Shown here: piece after piece, positions 25,175-36,022 of the stretch
Position numbering within the stretch: the stretch's first letter is position 1
Layout of the letters: every line of letters starts with the position of its first letter
Assembly: GCA_973895155.1 (NCBI GenBank)
Contig: OZ316895.1
Location: 21,340,558-21,404,557 of the forward strand
Length of the DNA: 64,000 nt
Source: Marsupella aquatica
Taxonomy: Eukaryota > Plantae > Marchantiophyta
Direction of reading: 5' to 3'
Translations under genes and position numbers: made by a program
The notes under the pieces: generated by a model
The model's database searches: none
The model's input: only the letters and a program-made list of their open reading frames with translations
Told to the model about the DNA's origin: nothing

Positions 25175-25281
25175 TAATGTCCTGGTTAGAGGGCATTGTG
25201 GGATATAATGCCCTGAAAAACGAGGGCAGTAGCCCAAGTTTTGAGGGCATTATTTCCATAATGCCCATAACTAGGACATTA
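25175..25281. repeat. ~107-bp fold-back (small MITE or hairpin)
   Basis: TAATGTCCTGGTTAGAGGGCATTGTGGGATATAATGCCCTG... pairs with ...GAGGGCATTATTTCCATAATGCCCATAACTAGGACATTA. Confidence 0.8.
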
Positions 25282-27251
25282 ATGTACTTAAAAACTTGAG
25301 TGACTTTTTAGTAACAAACAAGAAAAAGTGAATCACTGAAATAGAAAATTCAGATTAAAAGGTCATCCAAGAAGTGGTTGCTATGGAATTGGCCAAAAAT
25401 ATACTTTCTTGAGTTATATTAGATTCTATAAATAGATATTTTTTACTATCACCATATAAGATTTGGTTATCATCTTGAGATCTTGACTAATTCTTTTTTG
25501 TGTATGGTAAAACTATATTTAATTTTTACTTTTACTATATTTATGGTGTATTGTATAATCTCCTCCTCAGAAAAGGGGTGCATTATGGAGAATTAATGCA
25601 CTCAAATATACAAAGGGAAAAGTCATGAAAGGCTTTACTGTACAGTTTGTTAGGTTAAGGGATTGGCGCTTTTTTTCCTTTCTTCCTTTTCCGATAAGAA
25701 GAGGCACATCAACCCAAAGGGAAAGGAATTCGTTTTTCTGTGAGGGTATCCTTTTGGTCCCAAATGTAGGCTTTTGCCCGATCATAGGTTCTGGAAGAAC
25801 TTGCCATAGATTTTTCATTTTTGTGTTTTGTTTTAGCAGGGACCTTGATGCCACAAAGCATGGTTTCAGTGGTTTCCATTTGTGACCAATTATAGTAAAT
25901 TTCCCCAAATAAATGAAGTAAACAAAGAAATTTGCCTCCTTTTGGTGCAAGGTAGTTGTTAGACAGGACACTCACATTGTAATATAAACCAGTTAGTTAT
26001 ACAGACAAAATTGTGACATTTTTCACACCCACAGCAATTTCCAGTGGATGCAAACATTTAAGACATTTAAACTTTTCCTGACCCTGGTTGTGTGGGACTT
26101 GGTTTCCCTGTGACTCTACAAAAACAATCATAAACGTTCCCTCCCCTCTCCCCTGGAGAAAATAAAAATTAAATTCCATAAACTTGCTCATAGATTAACA
26201 CAAACAAATGCATTCAAGTGGTTATGAGGTTTAGTTTCCCTCCCTCCATTTGTCTTCCCCAGGAATAAATCGATAAACTTCCTCTTGTACATAAATCAAA
26301 TGCATTCAAGTGCCTCAAAAACCGAAATCAATAAGAGCGGAAAAATAGGGTGAATAGGCTAAGTGATGTACATCGTGAGAGATGATGAACACGTGGCTCC
26401 CAAATTATTAAGACTATTCAAATGAACAGCCAAAAAGATACTTAGCTTCTAAAACACAAAACATTAAATAAACAGGTAACAACTTCCTCTCATTGTTAGG
26501 TTTGCATGTGCACACTATGTTGGTCTAAAGATTCATGATTTTCCCACTAGTGCGTGCACAATTGAGAATGGTCTGTTTTTACTGTTTTCGTTTTGACATT
26601 TGAGTATGCTCTAGGACACGCATTCAACAGAATCCAAGCAACCTGATATTTTACATTTCTTTAGCAACCTTGATGATAATGATAATTATGATATAGTTGT
26701 GTGATTAGTGCTTTGCACAATGCTTTTCCAGTACTTGGCGTCTAGAAGATTACTTTGTCTTTGACCATGATGTTTTGGTTAATAGATACTTTCCCATTCG
26801 TTCCTATCACTTAATTAAAAACAGGCTTGGGGGGGGTGAACATATCATGTTTCTGTTCCTCTCCATGCGAAGACAATAACTGTGCCTGAATTGATAAGAA
26901 TATCATCAACAGATCCGTAAATTCAGGCTATTAGTCCTGAGCTTAGCAATAATGTGATTGGGGCCCACAAAAAGACAATATGATACATTTTTATCACTAG
27001 CCACCCGTTTGTGTGCACAAGAAGAGATCCCTGTAACTACTGTAGACTCCTTCCGCACAAGCATAATCTAGATATAATTGTTTTCTTTTACCAGAGAAAC
27101 TAAGGACTTAGGATTCACTCTAAACGAGAAGGTCATGAAGGGTAAACTTTGATCAAGAATTATTGTATGATTTCTCAAACAAAGCAAACCTGCTGCAGTG
27201 GATACACTTCCTATGGTAAACTAAGACCCTAGATTCTATGTTGTACCCACA

Positions 27252-27253
<2 letters not shown>

Positions 27254-27288
<35 letters not shown>
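27254..27288. repeat. (GT)17 microsatellite
   Basis: Direct reading. Confidence 0.95.
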
Positions 27289-27289
<1 letters not shown>

Positions 27290-27729
27290 CGGCCAGGGGG
27301 GAGGGGTAGGGCAAGCTCCCCCGTGGACCGAGAGAGACTAAAACCTCAAGCCCACCAAGAAAACACTAATCAGCAAAAGCACATGAATCTTGAATGTGCG
27401 CCCCCAGTGCAAAACTTTGATGAACATGTGGGAACAGCATCAAAGCAGTTTGGGGGCAAGACCTAACAAGCAAGGAAGGCCACCAAAGTTTAGATGATCT
27501 GTGGACAATGAAAGGAATTAGTGTGATCAAGAAAAATGTTGAAGAATCAAGATGTACAATTTTTTAAAAGGGGCCAACCAATGTTGCCTTACATAGTCTA
27601 AGGGTGTAAAGCCAAAATGCACTTCATTTTGTTTTTTTGCCTTGAAGCGATTCCTTTACTCACAAGAGGAAGTAAATCCCAGACTTTTCTAGATTCACCG
27701 AATATCACTCGAATTGGACCTTTGGACAT

Positions 27730-28270
27730 GTGTACACTTTAGCCGTACGCGTGACATGAATGCCCAGTTACTGTACAATACACGACGGTCGTGTAAGAGA
27801 GTGTAAGAGTAAGTACCGGGCATACCGGGACAGGAGGTACTACGGTGCACAGGACAGTTGTTTCATATAAGGGCGACGGCAGTCATCGCTGTTCGGGCAG
27901 CCGGGCAAAAGGAGGATAGTTAAACGTGGCTGAGATTCTGGAGGAATGTTTCCCGGACCTGAGCCGCCGGTGCAGCGGAACCCAAACCCGGACCTAATAA
28001 GCAGGGCAGTCGGGCAGGCAGGGCAGGGAAGGGCAGGGAGGCAGGGATCTCCGGTCCGTCCCTGTAATAATTAATAGCTTATTATTTGCAGTTCTGCCCG
28101 TGAGCGCGTGTGCTTCGAAGGCGCTGACTAGTGAGGAGTTAACCACCCCCAGTGGGGCTGACCGGCGGGCAGGCTTGGGGGGCGGTCTTCATTGCAGGGG
28201 CTGAGAAACGGGGAGAATGTCCGCTGAGATAGTGGTGTCAGAGCGCCGAATGGCGGCCAGTCGCTGACAT
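27730..28270. promoter_or_regulatory. CpG-rich island with GTAC cluster (candidate distal regulatory element)
   Basis: GTAC at 27732, 27745, 27773, 27813 and 27837; TATA-like CATATAAG near 27864; GGGCAG repeats. Confidence 0.4.
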
Positions 28271-28412
28271 GTCATTTTTTTTTTCTCGTTATTATTGGAT
28301 TGTGGCGACGTTGGTTTCTATTTTGGGGAACCTGGCCTCGAGACACTCAAGATTCGCAACCTCTAAACCATAATTGTGTAGGGTATAAACCCCTACCCTA
28401 GATGGGTGGAAC

Positions 28413-28809
28413 CAGCGTCATTTTAAAGTCGTTTAAGTTTTGGCCAGTTTTGCTAATGTCAATTTGGAGGAGAAGATGCTAGTAATAATCTTTTCTTAGT
28501 GCTTTTCTTTTGGTGTACATATGCTTTTTTTTTCTGGGTAGGTGGTTTTCTCCTTTGGAACTCTTTTTCTTTCCTTTCATGTCCCTGATTTATGAATTTT
28601 GCTGGAAGATTCCAGAAGGTGCTAGTAATAATCTTTGTCTTGTGGCTCTTATTGCTTTTCAAATCTCACTACGATGCCTTTTAAATTGTAGCTAATGGGG
28701 TCCGTGACTGGTGGGAGACAGGACACCCGGGAATTTTTGCTGAAAGTAGGGCGAAGTTTTGGGAAATGTGGAATGTAGGAATTGTTTTGCATCTAAACAA
28801 ATGCCATTG
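28413..28809. mobile_element. hAT-related MITE
   Basis: Begins CAGCGTCATTTTAAAG (similar to the hAT TIR CAGCGTATTTTTTAAG) and has the GAAGATGCT, GCTAATGGG and GTGGAAT blocks shared with the other copies. Confidence 0.55.
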
Positions 28810-29085
28810 TTCCACCCTAGGGCTTGGGGGTCCCATTTCCGCAAAAAATAACATTTCACAGGCAATACGACGTAAGGGTTTTTACTGATTCTAGGAGAAT
28901 AGTTTAAAAATTTGTGGGAGAATAGTTTAAACTACAAGTGTTTTAAATAGATTTTTATTCCAGATTAGTAGGGGTTAATAAATGTAAACAACCAAAATAT
29001 ATACTTTTAGGTTGTTAGAGACCTACAGTGTCATAGGTGTGGAGGGTCAATATAGTGAAATCCTGAGCCCAAGGGGGTTATAGGA

Positions 29086-29359
29086 AGCGTATTTCAAAGG
29101 ATTCTTTGCAAGAGTGGTAAATGTGACATTGTGAATTCAAGGAAAAGAGCTAAGATTATTCCTTATCTTGTTCTCTTAGATTACTTTGTGAGAGTCAAAT
29201 CTCCCCATATTTAAAAATGACCATCAGAGTCTGGCTAATGGGATATGTTGCTGGATGGGGAACTGGCTAATGGAAAGCAGAAAACTTCCAATTTACCAAT
29301 AGCGGCAAAGATTTCAAGAGTGGTGGAATCTGGAGAATTCTTCCACTACAACAATATTG
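29086..29359. mobile_element. hAT-related MITE
   Basis: AGCGTATTTCAAAGG...GTCAAATCTCCC...TCTGGCTAATGGG...GGTGGAATCTGGAGAATTCTTCCACTACAA; colinear with the 32916 copy. Confidence 0.6.
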
Positions 29360-32055
29360 TTCCCCACCTTAGATGGGGGGTTTATGGCGATGACCCAGGG
29401 AGGACAGTTACCCAGAGGCAAGACATTATGTTTAGTTTTGCATCATGGTGATTACATTATATACCACAGTGCCCGAGGGCAAAAAATGCCTAACCGCCAG
29501 ACATGATCCCAAAGGCAAAGTAACCCAATGAAGGGGCGGAAAAGAGGTGAAAGGGCCCCAAGAAAAACAAGCCAAGGGGTCCCCAACCAAATGCCGTCAA
29601 AGGAACAAAGACCAAAATAATAGTAACTTATGAAGGAGCTGTGAAGGCTCTGATTAGATTCGTGCAACAATACTCTGAAAAACATTGTGCCCAATGCAAA
29701 AATGTGACGTTGCAGATACATGGTGGCTAGAAAAATATATGGTCAGTTTTGAGATATTTGAAGAAAATTGAATTGGAGATAGGACAGCCTAATTAACCCG
29801 TCTATGAGACAAAATGCCACAGAAACAATGGTCTCCATGGCAAATAGGCTGAGATTATGGTCAAACAAAAGCCAGTCCCAACCCTTATGAGATAATTTAC
29901 TTCTACACTAGACAGAAGTTTCACATGACTGTAGGTTACAATCTTGGAAACTTGTTAACAAACCAAGTTCAGTGCATGGTAAGGCCAGTTGAGGCAAAAC
30001 ACACAACTAAATTTCTTTATTCCTCAACACTCAGTGAAAACCCCAAGAGCCATATTGCGTTAATAGCCACCTTGTGTAACAATTGTGGGATGGAATACGC
30101 AATGCACCATATATCAGACTCAAGTTGTAATAAGTGGTCTAACTTCCCTTTTTAATTTTTTAGCAGAAGATGACGGTATAACAAGTGACTTGTGGCAAAA
30201 ACCAGCATGGGCAAAACACACAAGGGTAGAACCCAACCACCAAACGAACCCTGGGAAAATAGATCTTCGTCCTAGTGAATCCAAGTCAGGTACCTGGACT
30301 TGGACAAATTTAGAATCTCATTGATCCTAGTATCACAATGAAAAATGGAATTAGTAGTGTCAAGGTCAGTTGGTTTTGCCACACAGCACCATCAAAGCCT
30401 TCCACACGATTTTGTTGAAACCAGAAATGCAAACGTTGAGTTGTGGTATTCAAACAATTTTGTTCTCATGGATGGAATTGTAGGACCAATATTATGACTG
30501 GAGTGTAGATGTCAACTCGCGTGCCATATGTTCCCTGGAATCTTTAGGGAGGGACATTTGTCATGCTAAACCATGCTAAAACATGCTATGAGAGTACCTT
30601 TAAACCTTTCCTTTTTGCCCATCTGGGTATCATATCAAAGGTTTGTGCCCATCCCAGCTTCAAAGTGCACATGATCACAACAACAAATAAGAATTTCGAA
30701 GAGACCTAAGAAAATAGGAAAAATCCTCTATCAGATAGGTCAAAAAATTCCTGCAATCATTGAGCGGCATATTTTTCATTACATGGCACAGTATTCTAGT
30801 TTTAAATACCCTGCTTTTCAGGTAGAAGATGCTGGAAATCAGTTTTGAGTAAAGTAATGTATTTTTAGCTCTTTTTTAACGACAACTGCCCCTATAAGAG
30901 CTACTGGTTATTACCCGAACTATCATCCTACAGGCTCATATTTATTTGCACTAGAAATGGAGAGCACTGTTGCCGTCAGGTCCACTTTTTGCGGTCAGGT
31001 TATGGGCACTTGGGCAGCTGTGGTTTATTAACTGGAAAGCAAAAGATTTAGTGCAAACTGACAAGTGCAGCAATGAGCTGGAGTGTACTTTGGTCGGAAT
31101 CTAAAAATGACCCAATTTCCCCTGGAGTTGATGCTCCTCTGGATCACACAGTTTGATCTTAGGATTTGGGTGAATTTAAGCTGCACTTATATTTGATTGT
31201 AGCATCTTGCCAAACATGATGATGACAACTTTTTCTGTTGAAGAAATAACTTGACGATTCATGGAAATAAAAGGGCTAGTATGGACCACTCCCATGAACT
31301 TTGCAACCCAGATGAGCCACATTGCTTTGTGACCCAAAAAGGGTGGATTTGTGTACTAAAAGGAAAAAGTGCTTTTGCGTACAAAAGGATTTTAGCGTGT
31401 TCCATCTGGGTTGCCATGGTCCACTCAGACATGTCTTCAAAGGTTTAGGGCTTAACGCTTATAATATTTTTTTACTGGGGGTTAAGTTTCACTTTCATCT
31501 CAAACCCTAAATTAAAATTAAAATGATGTCCTTGGTCCCTCTTCATTCTTAGGACTGTCTTGCATGTGCAAGAGTCCTGAAAACTGCGGCCCTTACCAAG
31601 CCACAAGTGCCGGGGAAAAAGTTAAAATCAAATGTTTTGTTTTATTACATTTTAAAGGTTCGGGACCTCAAGGGTCGGAAATTTTCCGGCCCTTGCCCTT
31701 GTATCTCCACAAAAGACTCCATCAGGACTGCCGCCCTCTCGCTGCTTCAACTCATGACACGAGTTCATTTTAGGGCCGATTTGCAAAGGACCAAAGACAT
31801 GCGAGACGGCCCTTAGGTACCCACCCCACCTCCCTTGAGGTATTCATCTTTTCCTGCACTTGTGCTCTACCAATATTCCCACCTGTTGCGGGGAATGTTA
31901 GAGTGGCTCTGAGTTGAGCATAGTGCCCTCAATAAAGTAATTTTCTCATTTTTATCAGGCCCCATTACTAACAAACCCTGGGTTTTGGCCCACCAGGACC
32001 ATCCTCCCACAAGGTCAGCTTTGTGGTAGGATTCCCGCCCCACTATTTTGCCAAA

Positions 32056-32298
32056 TGTTGAGGAAGGCAGAGATAGTCCAATCAAGAGTCACCGGGATGG
32101 CCATTCTAGCACTAACTAGAATCCCCTCGAGTCGACTGCAGCCATTATTGGCAAATAGCGAGGACGGCCCTTGGTTCCAGGTACTCTTCACCAAAGATCA
32201 GAACTCCCACACCTCTCCTCACCAATGAGGGCCATACTAGGTTAAGTAACAGCCCGACCTGCCTTCATGCTCTAAATGGCCTTACTGGTAACCACACA
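32056..32298. mobile_element. Possible small solo LTR
   Basis: TGTTG...CACA termini flanked by CCAAA/TCAAA (5-bp TSD with one C/T change). Confidence 0.3.
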
Positions 32299-32915
32299 TC
32301 AAAATGTGCTAATATATAGTGTGCACTCATTGCTTCAAACAAAATAACAAAATTAATCATGGTATAGAGTGATGTAGTTCCCATATACGTCATATTATGT
32401 GGATGTGCATTTACCAGACCCCTCTAAATGGTATCATCTTACCGTGCGCTATAGATACCAGGCCTTCAGCCCGGCATACTCTAAATGGCATTATTTTACC
32501 GTGTCTTCAGTCATTACCAGCTCGGCATAATCACATTCAAAATCTATTTTGCACATTTATCAGCTATCCGCACGGTACGGTTCCATCCGTGCGCGCTGTC
32601 AGTGACGCGCGATCGCCGGTCATTTGTGCCGGGCCGGGAAAGTCTGATGACGTCCAGATTACGGGCCGCCAATCCTTTCTGTTCGTAACAGACCCGCTCC
32701 CAGTAGACACGGGGCTGTAGTCGGCAGCAGCTATCGTGGCACTTGATGACTGGCTGAGACACTACGTTACCCCGCGTGTAAGATGTCCGTCCTTCAGTCG
32801 CTCCGTCCTCCCTTTCGACGTCGTCCCGGGCACGGATCCACCTCAGGCATGACGACAGTCTCGGTCATGCCAACCGACCCCGTTGCCCAGGCTCGGCAGT
32901 GGCACAGGTTTGAAC

Positions 32916-33185
32916 CAGTGTATTTTTTTCAGGTTTTTACTTTTTCGCCAGACTGACGAATGTCTAGTGTGCGAAGAAGAAGATGCTCAAAATATTACTT
33001 ATTTGATTATTTTTTTGACCGTCAAATCTCCCTAGATTTAATGATGATTGTTAGATTCTGGCTAATGGGACCTTTGATTAAGTGGAGCACTAGCTAATGA
33101 GACAGAAAAATACTAATTAATTTTTGTCACAATTTGCGAAACCTTTTTGGGGGGTGGAATTTGGCAAATTTTTGCCACTACAATG
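32916..33185. mobile_element. hAT-derived MITE, closest to the full-length element and in reverse orientation to it
   Basis: Left end CAGTGTATTTTTTTCAGGTTTTTACTTTTTCGCCAGACTGACGAATGTC resembles the reverse complement of ~57690-57739. 33153-33172 is the exact reverse complement of 52964-52983. Confidence 0.75.
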
Positions 33186-33235
33186 GGGTAGCCGAACTCC
33201 GCTGCTCCTTTGGTACCAGTCACTGGTTTTTAGGT

Positions 33236-33652
33236 GCTGAGATTTTACTACTTTGCCACCATTTTTTGTGTGACATTATAATCTTGTCATGCTTTTTCTT
33301 ACATTATGTACTAAAATGACACCTTTTTCCAACAATGGTTACGTTAACCACCTATGATAACTCATAATCATCCAAAAATGCCATGAAGAGGTTTCCAACA
33401 TCGGGAGAGGGAGGGCAGGGCAAGGGCAGGCGACCAACTCCCTCAGTTGGGGCAGTGCAGGTTGGAAAAATATTTGGAGGGATCATGATCCAATAACCAA
33501 AAGCAGGATTTTGGTTATTGGATGCTTTTGAGTTAACCATAGGTGATTAACTTCACCATTGCTAGAAAAGGTGGCATTCTAGTAAATAATCTAAAAATCA
33601 TGGCAAGGTAGTAATTTCACACAAAAAAGGGAGCAAAGTAGTAAATCTGAGC
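33236..33652. mobile_element. Mutator-like MITE with ~145-bp imperfect TIRs and an 8-10 bp TSD (TTTTAGGT[GC])
   Basis: 33236-33380 is the imperfect reverse complement of ~33510-33652, and TTTTAGGT flanks both ends. An empty-site paralog lies at ~33878-33980. Confidence 0.8.
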
Positions 33653-34586
33653 TTTTAGGTGCAAAAGTTTGTCAAATATCACATTAGTAAGAGCCAACTG
33701 GCATGTGACTGGTCCTTGGTTTTGCAGCCCTCAAAACATGTGCGTGTTTCTTTGTTCTGCAACCCTCAAAATACCTGCAAATGAGTGGCCCTTTGTTTTG
33801 AAACAGTGAAAATAACTGATGTTTTGATAATGTAATCACTTAGGAACTGCTATCTGTCCTCTACTTCTTTGGCAGTGGTCACTGGTTTTTTAGGTGCAAA
33901 GTTTGTCAAAATAATATGACATTACAAAGACCCAACTTGCATGTGGATGGGTCTTTGTTTTCCAGCCTTTAAAACAAGTGATGTTATGATCAATATCATT
34001 CAGTGAGAGGATAAGGAATTGCATTGCCATATGTCGGCAACTTCTTTGGTAGCAGTCACTGAATTCATGTCTTAAGCCCCTCCTCAAGCAGGCATGACAG
34101 TCTCATGTTTAGAGCCAAGGAGAAGGCCTGAAACTTTCTGGCCCTTGAGGTCCTTGCCTTGGGAATAGAACAAAACAGGATGCTCTACACAGCAGGACAA
34201 ACACACTTGTGCTCAACACACAGCAGATTGTGTTGTCAACGAAGATCTACTTTTGCCCCCCAAAAGTATAATGAGTTACCTTTTCTTTAGTGTAGGTGAT
34301 ATGTCAACATGCAAATATAGTGCAATGACTTACCTGTTTTTAGTATCCATTATGTAGCAAGGGTGACATTCCAGAATGCAAGTCCAATGGTTAGTGAGTT
34401 TTTATTATCTCCTGAAATACCCACCTTTGGAAACTATTCATCAGATCTTGGATAACCCAGGAATGAATCCTTTATCTAATCAAATCACTACACAGGTTCC
34501 ATCCAATAACCAAAACAACCCAGTAACTAAGCTCAACAGCTAAAAAATCATTTGAATAGCCCGTAGGGGTTGCCTTGTTTGCCAAT

Positions 34587-34717
34587 TTTATTTTATTTTA
34601 ATTTAAGGAGAAATCTGTGAAACCCCACAGAAAGGGAATAGCCAGTCACAACACTTGAACCCAAGACCTATCAGTCTTCACTCAGATGAGCTACCACTCA
34701 GCCATGCCTATCTGGGC
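34587..34717 (-). mobile_element. tRNA-derived SINE with A-rich tail and 14-bp TSD
   Basis: Minus strand: A-box TGGCTGAGTGG, B-box-like GGTTCAAGT, 3' tail AAATTAAAATAAAATAAA. TSD CCTTGTTTGCCAAT (34573-34586) / CCTTGTTTGCCTAT (34718-34731). Confidence 0.7.
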
Positions 34718-34969
34718 CCTTGTTTGCCTATCTTAGTAGATTTGGTTAACATAATGTAACAGACCAACCCAGTAACCATTGCATATGCTCTATAAATTAT
34801 TTGCCAGTTTTCCTTCTGGTCACAAACCCCATTTGCCAAACGTTGACAGTTATATTTCAATCTAGGGAGGTCTAAAGGCTTGCACATAAATTAAGGAGTG
34901 TTCTACTTCATACCACCCAACATTTGCCACTCTGGCTTAATTAGGACAAATGCTAAGAAATACACCAGT

Positions 34970-35540
34970 GGCAGTACACATGGCTGACCTTCTATGAGTC
35001 TACCTGACCTCTTAGAGTACACCAGCCCGCTCGATATAATAACATTGGCCAGAGCTGCCCGACAGAGCTTACCTTCGGACTTCGGAGCAATAACCTTGTC
35101 AAGATCTGCCCGACCACACCTCGCCATGGACAACCCGTACCACTGCCTGCCCGACTGCCCCATTATTATCGGGCACGAGCGCAAATGATATGGACAACCC
35201 GTACCACTGCCCACAGGGAATAAACTTTTTCCCTCACGCCTGCCCTGCCCTTCCCTTCCCTGCCCTGTACTGTACTGCTTGTACTGCCCTGCCCGCGAAA
35301 GCTTGTCGCTCACGGGGATAAAAGACACTAAGGCCCAGATACCGGTATCTGGCGGCAAATGAGTGCCGCTAAAAAATAGCAACCTTCTTTGTCCTCAGAA
35401 TAGCGGAGCACCGTACCGTTCGTGCCCATCGTTGAGTCGGCGCACCGTATTTTCCGGCTACAATCGACGGCTGATGTATCTCCATCTAGATGAATCGGGC
35501 GGCGCCACCGTGGATCCTTGCCCCTCATAAATGTTGGGTC
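34970..35540 (+). promoter_or_regulatory. CpG-rich island with 8 GTAC cores, candidate promoter of the downstream hairpin
   Basis: GTAC at 34974, 35017, 35137, 35201, 35267, 35272, 35281 and 35413. Perfect 22-bp repeat ATGGACAACCCGTACCACTGCC at 35126 and 35190. TATA-like CATAAAT near 35526. Confidence 0.45.
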
Positions 35541-35649
35541 CTGGTGTTGGAGAGAGAATAAATTCGAAAATGTCCCCAAAATAGCGGATACTCGATGGAC
35601 TGGAGACGAAGCGCCCACAAGGGCAGGGCAGGTTTGGGAAAAGCTGCCT

Positions 35650-36022
35650 TCGTGGAGGGAGAGCATTGGCAAGCGATAAGAGCTATATTAATAACTCCTG
35701 TAGCTGTGCCATAGTGAATTATTTTTAGTGAGTCTTAGGATTTTAAGATTTTATTCGATTTTATATTGCATGTAGAAATATAGGATTCATTGGAGTGTTT
35801 CCAACCTGAAAGGTTGAAAAAGAATTTGTGATTCACCCAATTCATATTTGCTAGCTGGGATTCTTTCTCAGCCCATCAGATTTGAGACACCCTCATGAAT
35901 CCTATATTTCTACATGCAATATGAAATCAAATACAATCTCAACACTTACTATAAATAATTCAGTATCACACTGCTAGTTATTGATATGGCTCTTGTCGCT
36001 TGCCAATGTGGTACCTCCATGA
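35650..36022 (+). ncRNA. Long fold-back, candidate MIRNA precursor or hairpin RNA
   Basis: 35763-35790 pairs perfectly with 35895-35922 (28 bp). 35664-35696 pairs with 35976-36008 (33 bp, 3 G:U on the plus strand). Loop at about 35827-35858. The inverted repeat is certain; transcription is not. Confidence 0.45.

Noticed and set aside
29400-30000. LINE zf-RVT remnant on the minus strand (similar hints at ~22.3, ~37.9 and ~48 kb)
   Set aside because: Only vague W/F-rich fragments are visible; no diagnostic motif could be read with confidence.
34640-34710. Functional tRNA gene
   Set aside because: It has A/B-like boxes but no convincing cloverleaf, and the tail plus TSD indicate a SINE.
35768-35788. 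Hairpin 5' arm as antisense to the multicopper-oxidase HPxHLHG codons
   Set aside because: The resemblance needs central mismatches and an assumed target codon usage; it cannot be supported without the transcriptome.
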